Assembly: GCA_033442325.1 (NCBI GenBank)
Contig: JAWQFM010000007.1
Coordinates: 1,471,790 to 1,535,789, forward strand
Source: Salpingoeca rosetta
Lineage: Eukaryota > Protista > Choanoflagellata
Direction: 5' to 3'
Length of the DNA: 64,000 nt
Below the pieces are notes generated by a model. It was not told the origin of the DNA. It did not search any database and saw only the letters and a list, made by a program, of their open reading frames with translations. The position numbers were made by a program, and so were the translations under genes. This document shows positions 53,019 through 64,000 of this stretch, one piece after another. Position 1 is the first letter of the stretch, and each line of letters begins with the position of its first letter.

Positions 53019-55000
53019 GCACGCATGCACGCACGCAAGTACCTGGCCGGTGCCTTGGTTGACGTGGAAGATTGCCAGCGAATCGTGACCTGAAACGAGG
53101 CGCCAAGGTTGTGAGAGGAAGCACACACACACACACACATAAAACACACACACACACATAAAACACACACACACACATAAAACACACACACGCACCCATA
53201 AAACACACACACATAAACACACACGAGCACACACGCACACACGCACACACGCACACACACATACACGTACACACATGCACACACACATAAACACACGCAC
53301 ACATTTTCGTGATCCCCAGCGCACCTCTGTTTGTGCAGATGACGATGTTTCCATCGGCAGATACGACGACCTCCGCCGCGTGGTTGTTGGCGGTGTAAAA
53401 CTCAAACGGCGGCGGCGCGTCGTAGTCGCCAGGAACACACGCGTCAACCACCTGTGCAATGGTGAGGCGGCCATCGGGAGTAACAGCAGCAACAGTCACG
53501 CCGTTGTCAAGCTCATGCAGGACGTAGGCAACAGGCAGCGTCGGATGGAATGCGAGATGCCTGGCGTGTTAGCAGGTGCATACAAGCAGTGCGTGCTGGT
53601 GCGGGTGAGCTGACACGAAGATGTGCAGAGCGAGGACGCGTGCGGGTGCATCGAACAAAGCATGCAGCATGCATGACAGCACACCACACGTGAAAGTGAG
53701 GGGGGGAGGCAAAGCAAGGGGCGGACCGCACCTCGGTCCTGCTCCAGGTCGAACTTGGAGCGCATCAACAAACACAAGTTGTCCTTCCTCGCTGACCTTA
53801 AACCTCTACACCCGATATTGCACGAAAATCTGTTATGGATGAGTGTGTACATGCGGGTGTGCACGTCTGTGCAACACTCACGTGTATGCATCTGTTTGAG
53901 CATGAGTCCACGTGTGCATGCGTGCTACACTCATGTGTCCGTACGTTGACAGAGTCGGTGCCAAGATCACAGATGTACACGTGTGCGCTGTCCCTTGAGG
54001 CCACTGCCTGATGCGGGTGCGACCCGTCCTGCCGCCCCTGATTCGAGGTGGTGGGAAGACAACATGAATACCATTGCCATCACAGAATGAACAAACCCGA
54101 AGTGCCCACGGAGACGCAAGCAGTCGCCACTCGTGGCAGAACACCTATCGCGGCCCATGTGCTGTGCATGGCAGATGCAGACGACGGGCAGCACCTTGCC
54201 GGTGTAATCATCTGGGCCTTGGCGGACGGTACACAGTGGCGCGGTGAGCTTGAACGTTGCCTTGTCCAGTCCACAGCACGAGATGTGTCCTGTTTCGTAG
54301 TTGGTGACAAAGCACCACCGGTGGTTCGGCGAGACGCTCACATGACATGGGCCCTGGGTCGGTGAGAGCCGGTGGGAGTTGCAGTTTTGATTGACAACGG
54401 CATGAGGTCAGCGCAACCTCGTCTCGTGTGGCGCTCGCATGCACACACACACACACATCACAGGAAGAGCAGTGGCACCCGAACCTGCACACGCACACAC
54501 ACACATACATACACACACGCACACACATACATAGATGCGCACCTTTCCGCCGGTTGGAACTCTGCAGAGTTCCCGAGTTGCACCAGATTCTTCATCAAAG
54601 GCAACAGACAGCAAGGCTCCTTGCGTTGTGTCGTCGTCGCTCAGCTGCTGGCTCACTGCGCGGTTACAAATTTCAAGAGCGGGCGAGGCGCAGAGCATGT
54701 GAGACGCAGAGCGTGTGGGTGCACACCAAGCAAGTTCATAAGCACACACACGCACGCGCGCGCGCGCACACACACACACATTCACGCACGCACACACACA
54801 CACACACACATTCACGCACGCACGCGAACACAACCTGTGATCATGTGGGTGGAATCCAGGGGCGCAGCAAACATGGGCCGCTTTGCGAGGAGGGTAGACG
54901 CCTTCAACGCCAACTTGGCGTCTGCACCCTTTTGGCTGCAGCCAACCACATGCACATGGCCAGTGCCACACCCAACAGCCACCAACAACTCATCAGCCAT
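52387..55000 (-). CDS. Beta-propeller lactonase (6-phosphogluconolactonase Pgl/YbhE, cycloisomerase-2 family)
   Basis: GGKGPCHVS, VTNYETG, RQDGSHPHQ, CDLGTD, GAGPR|HLAFHP, HELDN, HAAE, TNRG|HDSLAIF. Last exon ends ...PLCAVPL*. Confidence 0.88.
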
Positions 55001-55230
55001 CTGCTTGCTTGTGTTTTCCACTGCTGTCCTCCCTCCTTTTTTTTTGTGTTGTGTTCGTTGCGGAAAACACAACAGTCGCTCGCTGATTTCAGAGGTCGTT
55101 GGTCCACAGACAAAAGCAGTGTGCTGGTGTTGGTGTGCTTGGTGCTTGGTGCTGGTGCAGTGTGAACTCTCATCACGTCAAGTACGGTACATACGGCTGT
55201 CAGACACTCGCAGGGTAGGGGTGCAGCACC
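55001..55230. promoter_or_regulatory. Putative bidirectional promoter (lactonase / DUF3754)
   Basis: Head-to-head start codons separated by 230 bp. Confidence 0.5.
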
Positions 55231-56423
55231 ATGCCGAAGCCAGTCAAGGCCACAAAAGGCGGGGGCCGCCTGCTGCGCATGAACATGTCCCACTACATCC
55301 CTCTGCCGCTGGACAGCCTGATGCATGCTCTGCTCAAGGAGATTCCAGACGAGAAAGACAAGCTCCGCTTCATCGACTTTGCTCGCAGGTGTGCTTCGTG
55401 TGTGTGTGTGTGTGTGTGTGTGTCTGTGTTTGTGTGTGTGTGTGTGTGCGTGTGTGTGTGTGTCTGTGTGTGTGTGTGTGTGTATGTGTCTGTCACTCTG
55501 TATCCGCCTCTTCTTTGCGTACCTGTGCCTCTTCTTTGCCCATCATGACCCACGATTTTTATTGATTGGCTGGCTGCTTGCGGTATCCTGGCCATGCGCC
55601 GTCCTTCTCACACGCCTGACTGCTGTCGTGCATGTGTGACGACCAGGCTGCATCACTTGTACCGCTCACGCATCACCAACCAGTCCTGGAGGCTGCGCAA
55701 AGGCTTCCAACTCTTCGCCAACAACGTCACCGTCGACCTCGGCTTCACGGAGGAGATTGTGGAGGCAGAAGAAGACTCGTTCATTGACAAGTGCGTCTGC
55801 AGTCTCAACATCATTTCATGCACGCATGAGTACATGCAGGGGTGCACACGCACACGCACGCACGCACACACACACACGTACACACATACACATACACACG
55901 CAATACACACACACAATACACACGCAATACACACGCATGCACGCACACACACACACTGCGCGCGCTGATTGGATCATCACTCACTCGCGCGTTCGTGCCT
56001 CATGGTTTTGCGTTTGGGTGGTCCCCAACAACAGCTTTCATCGCACCATGATGGAGGCCAACTTTGAGCTGCTCTCACAGGACACATACCAGGACGCCCT
56101 CAACTCTGGTGCGCTATTGTGTTTCCTCTTGGGGTTTATGTTGCTGGCAGTGCAAGCTCGCTGCCTTGCTCACACCTTGGTGCTCTTCGGTTATCACCCT
56201 TTGCTTCTTTGTGGTATTTTACAATGTGCTTGCAACTTCATTACCTGCGGTTGCCTTGGTGACCCACGGATTTCATGCACACACCCACGCATGCACACAA
56301 CACACCACGCATATACACATGCATTTATGCATGTGCACAGAGTACACCTTAAACCTGGACTTGGAGCTTGACACAAACGCCCTCGACTCTTCCTTTCTCA
56401 AGCGCTTCTTCCTGCACCATGAG

Positions 56424-56495
<72 letters not shown>

Positions 56496-56553
56496 CGTGT
56501 GCGTGCGTGTGCGTGTGTGTGCGTGCGTGTGCGTGCGTGTGCGTGCGTGTGTC

Positions 56554-56599
<46 letters not shown>

Positions 56600-57458
56600 T
56601 GTGTATGTGTGTGTGTGCTTTCACGTCTCTCTGCCTTTGCCTTCGTGTGTGTGGTGTGCGTTTGCTCTCGGTTGTCACCGTCTGTCCCACCACCACCACC
56701 TCACCACCTCTATGCTGCACTCTTGCTTCGACCAAGTCCACTGACACGTGCTCGCCGCACACCATCCACCTCATGCGCAGGATGAGCTGGGCGATGCCGC
56801 CGACGTGACGCGACACGTGCTTGTGTATCACCGCGGGTACGGCCTTGACAAGACAAAGGGGCTCTTCATCATTGAGAAGGTGCTGCTTGCGCGGCCACTG
56901 CGCTGCTGCTTGCTTGCTTGCTTGCTTGCTCGCCTGCTTGCTTGCGGTGCGTATTGACGTTGCGACAGCACTCATCACGAAAACCAACCATGCGCCCTTC
57001 CTCACAAACGGCACCACCACGACGACCACCACCATCACCACAACTGCCCCCTCCTCTGTTCCTCCGTCTCCGCTCTACGCTCAACGCCGCCAACGGTCAG
57101 GTGGATGTGCTGTTTCGCAACATGTTCCACGTGCTCTGGCGCGGGCTGCAGTTGCTGCTTCTCTTCCTCTCCGTCTGGAAGTGGCCAGCCATCCTGCGCG
57201 GAGACATGGAGGATGACGATGCAGAGACAGAGGCATCCCTCGCTGCTCAGACCGCGGACACGTATGATGCGTGAGGCTCATGCGTGCACGTGATTGTTGT
57301 TCTTGTTTGGTGCACTCGCTTGGCTGCTGTGCTTTGTTGGTCTGCTTCTCCATGTGTTGGTGGGGTGACGTTTCCCACAGAAGCACGTTGTCCCTGAGTT
57401 GGCTCACGCTCGCTCGCACGCGCTCACATACACATGCACATGCTCACGCATATTCACT

Positions 57459-57519
<61 letters not shown>

Positions 57520-58173
57520 GCACACACACACACGTGCGCGCGTTGTCCCGTTTGCACAGAATGCCATTTGATCCGTCCTTGTCAGTCACAGAACACAGCG
57601 TTGCGCAAAGCAGACAAGTTATCCTCAGGTTGTGAATCGTGCTTGTGTCTGTGCGTGTGTATGTTTGAACACGTTCCGTTCCCATTCACACCCAACGCTT
57701 GCTCACCATGATGTGTCCGTCATCATCATCATCATGGGTGTACACAGAAAGTCGCTTGAAGGCCTCATTGCTGCCGCTCCCTTCAGCACCCTCTTCTCTG
57801 TGTACGCGCAACGCTCTGGGCGCTTGTTGTTGTTCTTGGTGATGGCTGTGCAAACCAGTCGACACATGCATGTGTGCGTGTATGTCGTGATTCCCCATCA
57901 CCTGGCCTGCAAATATGCCACTGAACAAGCAATGCACACACACACGCACACACACACGCGCACACACGCGCACACACGCGCACACACACACACACACGTG
58001 CCCGCGCGTCCCCAACAGTACCCAGCTGCAGGAGCCGACGTTCAAGGAAATGGTCGTTCTCTACCGCACCGCTGAACAGCGCGACGAAGCAGCACAGGTG
58101 CCCATGTCACGCCTGTCTGCGGGTGTATGTGAGAGAGAGAGAGTGTGTGTGTGTGTGCGTGTGTGTGTGTGTG

Positions 58174-58216
<43 letters not shown>

Positions 58217-58903
58217 GTCTCTGTGTGTCTCTGTGTGTGTGTGTCTGTGCGTTGTGTTGTTGTGCGCTTCAACACCGCATAGCGACGCCACCGACTCTGT
58301 CTGTATGTGACATCTGCAACGTTTACACCCTTCTGTCTCCCCCCCCCCTTCTCCACTCTCCCCTCGAACAGCGGCCGGGAATTCCACCCTCCATCTCTGT
58401 CAAGTCGTTCAAGAACATCCCTGTCGCTGATTTTGAGATTGTTCTTCCCTGCCAGCGCCCGACAACACGTGCGCTTGATCTCGTCAAAGTTCTCGCGGCC
58501 GTCCTCGTCGCCCTCGCAACCGTCGCCACAAAGGTGCCCGTGTGTGTCTGCATGTGTGTGTGTGTGTGTGTCTGTGTGTCTGTGTGTCTGTGTGTCTGTG
58601 TGTCTGTGTGTGTTCATCTGTGTTTAAAGGTCCTGGCTGACTTTCATCGGCAACACCGTGTTGCTGCTGCTTACTCACCAGCACCCTTTTGTATCTCTTG
58701 CTTGCTTGCAAGCAGTTCTGGCAGTTTTACGAGGAGGAGAAAGAGGAAAATGACTGGCACACGTCCACGTGGCAGGAGCGCTTCTCCGAAATTGCGCCCC
58801 TCTTGATCATCGTTGGCACTTATGCAAGCAAAATCCTCGTGCAAATACGGTCCGGCCGCGCGTGTGTGTGTGTGTGTGTGTGTCTGTGTCTGTGTCTGTG
58901 TCT

Positions 58904-58944
<41 letters not shown>

Positions 58945-60239
58945 TGTGTCTGTGTCTGTGTGTGCGTGCGTGTGTGTGTGTGTGTGTGCATGCCTGCGCA
59001 TGTCTGTGTATGCACGTTTATTGGTAATGCTGAACTGTTCGTTGCCACCTGCGTGATGAGGAGGCTCACTTGCTGTGCTGCGTTGTTTTCCACTGCCAGG
59101 ACACAACAAGCGACGTATCAGAACCTCATGACCAACTACCTCTACCAGCGAACCACAGATTCAGATGACGGTATGATCATGGGCTTGCAATTCTCCACAC
59201 GCACATGCACATACACACGCACACACGCATGCACACATATGTACACATATGCGCACATGCACGCGCAGTGTGCTGACTTGCCATTGTGCCCGCGTGTGTG
59301 TTTTCAAGGAGTGCGTGCGCATTTGGAGGACAGTACCATCCTGCAGGAAGTCAAAGAATCGCTCCTTGCCTTCTTCTTCCTGTGGAGATGCACCCCGAGT
59401 GGACCCGTGGTCAGTGTGTCGTGTGTGTGGGGGAGGGGGGAGGGTGTGTGTGGGGGGGGGGGGGTGTCTGTGTGTCTGCCTGTCCCTGTCTGCTTTTCCT
59501 GTCTGCTTTTCCTGTCTGCCTGACTGGCTTTGTTGTCCTCCTATTGGCGGATCCAACCACCCCTCTGCAAACGCCCAACGTTTCTTTCATGGCAGACTCT
59601 GGAGGACCTGGATATGCACGTGGAGCAGTTCTTGCTGACAATTGACAACAACGTCGACTTTGAGGTGCGACGCAACCCACCTTCCACAAGTGCTTGTTCA
59701 AATCTCACCTTGCGTGTATATTTATGTGAATGGACGCGTGTGTGTGTGTTGATTTATCATTGCACGCCTGCTGTAACCCCCCCCCCCTTCTTGCGTTCCC
59801 TTCTCACCTCCCCATCGTCCCTGCTTCTACTCCTTCGTGGCACATGTGCAGGTGGACGACGCAGTGCAGAAGCTGGTCGCAGATGGGATTGTCAACATCA
59901 ACACGGAGGAACTGGAGCCAGAGAGCCAGCTGAAAAACCTCTCAATCAGTGAGTATGGGGTCATGGGTCGTGGCATGTCGTGACGTGTGATGGCCTGTTC
60001 TCGCACGCTTGCCCCTCGTTTTCGCGGCCGCTTTGTGTTCTCACGATTCGTGAGTGGCCGTGTGTCCTGTGTCACACCGAATTCAATGCCTCTGCTGCAC
60101 ACCAACTCATGCCTACATTGTGTCTTGTGCGTTGCCAGGCCGCGCGATTACGAAGCTGGAACAGCAGTGGCAGGTGTTTTTCTCCAACCCAAACCAAGAG
60201 TGCCCTTACTGCCCCTTTCTCAAGCACGACGACCTATGA
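55231..60239 (+). CDS. DUF3754 / TMEM143-like membrane protein
   Basis: YIPLP, MEANFELLS, VLVYHRGYG, TQLQEPTFKEMVVLYR, KSFKNIPVADFEIVLP, LQEVKESLLAFFFL, VDFE|VDDAVQKL. Confidence 0.88.
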
Positions 60240-60530
60240 AACCATGTCGGAGCAACGTGAAGACACGCGCACGACGATACAGAGGCGGAGTGGGGGTGGG
60301 TGGTGTTTTGTGTCTCTGCTGTGTTACTGACCAATCGAAAATTAAACACATCTTCCTTTAAATTTCAGTATTGGAGGTGGTGTGAGACACAAACACCAAC
60401 CAGCTCTGTGACACACCACACTCTCTCTGCTTCGTCTTTGTCTTGATCCCCCACTTGCTCTGCTTGTTCTGCTTGCTGTGTTGTTTGCGAGACAGCCAGG
60501 ACGCGTACCCGACACAGAAAGACGGGCGCG

Positions 60531-60650
60531 ATGGTATGCACCCGCAACAGAGGCCTGTACAATGTGGTTGTACACGGCTTTGCCTTTATGGCCCTCTTCA
60601 CGGCCTTCCAGGTGCGTTTTATGTGTTTGCATTTGTGTCTGTGTGTCTGT

Positions 60651-60710
<60 letters not shown>

Positions 60711-61522
60711 GTCTGTGTCTGTGTCTGTGTCTGTGTCTGTGTCTGTGTGTCTGTTTGCATTTGTGTGTGTGTGTGTCTGTGCCTGCCTGCCTGTCTGTTT
60801 GCATATCTGTCTTCGTCTGTCTCTCTCTGTTTGTGTCTTCGACTGTCCTTTCGAGAAGCAAGAAGCGATCTGCCGCTTGATGAAGCCTCGGCCCACATGT
60901 TGTTGGAGACGAATCGCGTGTTAAGCTCACAGTCTCGATTGTGCGAAATGTATGCAGACGTCTGGAGGGTTCCAAACCACCGTGTTGAAGGTGCGTGGCT
61001 CTCTCTCTCTCTCTCTATTCCCCCCTTCCCTCTCTCATGTGATGCCCTTGAACACACAGCGCAAATCACCATGTTGTTATGCGTGCACGAACATGTGCAT
61101 GTATTTGCGTGGGTCTGTGTGTTTCTGTCGACGTCCCTCGCTTCGCGTCGCCGCCGTGATTCTCTGTCTGTTCTCCTCCCGTCACTGCACCTCTCAACAT
61201 CGCCGTCTCTTTATTGTTCGGCCGCTTGCTTGCATGGTTTGTTTGCCTTGACGGTATGAATCTGGCTTCTGTGTTGCCACAGGATATCATGGGCGATAAC
61301 CAACTGGGAACAGAGTCCCTGGCAATCATCTACGCCGTCTTTGCGCTGGGCAACTTCATCTCCCCAATTGTCGTCCATTACATTGGCGCCCGCCCATCCA
61401 TGTTCCTGGTAATGACTCCGGCGATTGCGGCCACTTCCGTCTCCCTACATCTATCACACGCGCGTGTGCTTGAGTATCAGTGCGATCGCGTACCTCGAAT
61501 GAAAACGAGGACTCACAGCCCC

Positions 61523-61556
<34 letters not shown>

Positions 61557-62109
61557 ATTTCCTTGATCACAGGGAGGTATCGGGTATGCGCTGTTCATTG
61601 GATCCATCCTCACCCTCAACAAAGCGCTGATTCTGTCGGCGTCTGCTCTTCTCGGTCTCTCCGCTGCCATCATCTGGACTGCCCAGGTGCAGTGTGTGTG
61701 TGTGTGTGTATTGTTGTGTATGAACAGCACCTATGTGTTGGCAGTGCTGCGCCGGTGTGCTAGTTTTCCTTCGCACTTTTGTCCTTGCCACAAGCGAGGT
61801 ATGCCCAGTTCACACACACGCACACACACACACACACTCACACACTCACTCACACACACTCGCACACTAACACAGGGCAACTACATCACGGAGAACACGC
61901 TGCCAAACAACCGCGCACAGTACACGGGCATCTTCTGGGCGCAGCTGCAGTCGTCCCTGCTCATTGGCAACCTCATGCTCTACTTCATCGTCCACGGCGA
62001 CACGGTTTCCCGTGAGACAGCCCTCTTCTTCTACCGCATCTTGTTTGGTGTCGCAGTTGGTGGCACGCTCCTGTTCCTCCTCACCCGCAAACCCCCGCCA
62101 AAAAACAAG

Positions 62110-62208
<99 letters not shown>

Positions 62209-63359
62209 TTTGTTTGTTTGTTTGTTTGTCTGTGTGGTTGTCTGTCTGTATGGGTGCGACAGAGTGGTACCAGCTGGCATGTGTGCACTTGCTTTTGTGT
62301 ATGGTGTATGGGTGAACCGAATGGTCTCCTGCGCTTATATACCGCCTCTTCTCATCCAACCAGCCAACTGCTGTGTGCATGTGGTGATGACGCGCAGAAC
62401 AACGAGGGCGTGCCCGCCGTCAACTCGTGAGTGGACATGACACAAACCTGCTCACTTCACACCCGTCCGACGCAACATGCACCATGACACACTGCGTGCA
62501 CACCCCACCACCGCCACTTGCATGGCATGCAGCGTGCCACACTACATGTTCCTCACGCGTCCACCTGCAACATGCACACGCCCCCGCTCACGCCGTAGCG
62601 ATGCTGATTCCTCCAGGAATGAACGCGAGACTGTGAAGAGCGTTGCCTCCATCTTCAGTCAGTTTGCACACACACCACAAGAAATACAACAGCAAACACG
62701 CACACGCACACACACACACACCAGGAATGAGTGGCTTGGTTGCTCCACAATGCACGCTGTCACCTCCGGATCACGCTCACACGTGCGCATGTCAATACAT
62801 TTGCGTGTGTGTGTATGTGTGTGTTGATGTTTACAGAGTCGACCTTCCGCCTGCTCGTTGAAGCGGATATGGTGATGCTCAGCGTCGCCATCATGTACTC
62901 CGGTGCGCGCACACACACACACACATACACACACATGCATGCGTACTGCACTTTCGCTGGTGCTCTTGGTTTGCGTTGCTGTTTATGCTGAGTTTGACCT
63001 GCTTGGATGTGTGCCTGTGCGTCGAAAGGACAACGCTGCCAACACGCCTGTGGTCATCTGTTTGACTCTTTCAACCCCACTCACACTACCATGCAATCAC
63101 ACCCATCATCCCCCATCCATCCCCCAAATCACCATCGACCGCGGTGTCTGCCGTGCAGGCGCGGCGCTGACCTACTGGTCCGGGGTGTACCCGACACTCA
63201 TTGGCGATACGTTCCAGCCAAAGGTACTGCGAAGCAGTCTGCTGTGCGTGACGCTGGCTCATGCGTTGCGTGCGTGAAGAGGAAGGCGTGTGTTGTATGT
63301 ACGATGGCTGGAGCTGTTCCTGCACCACACAACCCCACCGCTGGATAAATGAACGCGCT

Positions 63360-63396
<37 letters not shown>

Positions 63397-63925
63397 ACTC
63401 ACACACACACACACTCACACACTCACACACTCACTCACTCACTCACTCCCTCACTCACTCACTCACTCACTCACTCACTCACTCACTCACTCACTCACTC
63501 AAACAGGACATTGGCCTGTCTGGGATCATCGTCGGATGCGCTGAAATCCTCGGTGGAATCACGCTCGGGCGACTTGGAAAGGCAACCTCAAACTCATGGT
63601 GAGCTGCTGTTGTCGCTGCTGTTGCCGATGATGGCCCGAGTATCCCTCTCTGTTTGCCTGCTTGCCTGTCTGTCTGTCTGTCCTTTTGTGTGTTGCTGCT
63701 TTGGATGGCTGTTCTTGTGCACCTTCCATCCGTGTACTGCACTGCACTGTGCGTTGCTGACGCGGGTGGTGTGACTGCAATCGCTGCAGGGTGGTGATTG
63801 TGGGGCTGTTTGCCCACGCCGCCGCCTATTTTCTCATCTACTTCAACTACAGGAGCAACACCATCGATCCACAGTCAGTTTACATGGCCCGCACTGCATT
63901 GCTTTCTCTGCTCTTCGTATTGTGT

Positions 63926-63996
<71 letters not shown>

Positions 63997-64000
63997 GTCC
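60531..64000 (+). CDS. MFSD11: UNC93-like MFS transporter (MFSD11); continues past the window end
   Basis: [19 protein letters not shown]|[22 protein letters not shown]|[46 protein letters not shown]. Confidence 0.9.
63405..63500. repeat. (ACTC)n tetranucleotide microsatellite just before a 3' splice site
   Basis: Seen directly. Confidence 0.9.

Overview
Eukaryotic, intron-rich, GC-rich genomic DNA. Its introns are filled with (CA)n/(GT)n microsatellites and it has two 100-N scaffold gaps. Style and gene content (axonemal dynein, animal-type DUF genes, bacterial-type enzymes) suggest a choanoflagellate such as Salpingoeca rosetta; this is inference only. Most ORFs in the supplied track are microsatellite artefacts (CVCV/HTHT). 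Joining exons by hand at GT-AG sites gives 17 protein-coding genes in order: the first exon of a PUB-domain (NGLY1-like) gene, an intronless cyclophilin with a large insertion, a multidomain NEK kinase, a hypothetical protein, CFDP1/Swc5, a degenerate-SH3 coiled-coil protein, UPF0561/C2orf68, RPAP2, DNAI2, a divergent SUZ12 (PRC2 subunit), a bacterial-type bestrophin, NADSYN1, an intronless DUF4551/C12orf56-like gene, NOP10, a Pgl/YbhE-type lactonase, DUF3754/TMEM143, and MFSD11 (runs off the end). The most notable items are the SUZ12 homologue, two near-identical tandem duplications that copy exons, complementary GT/CA repeats inside introns that lack a polypyrimidine tract, roughly 200 aa missing from DNAI2, and a possible LTR end at the window start. 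All family assignments come from recalled motifs, not database searches.
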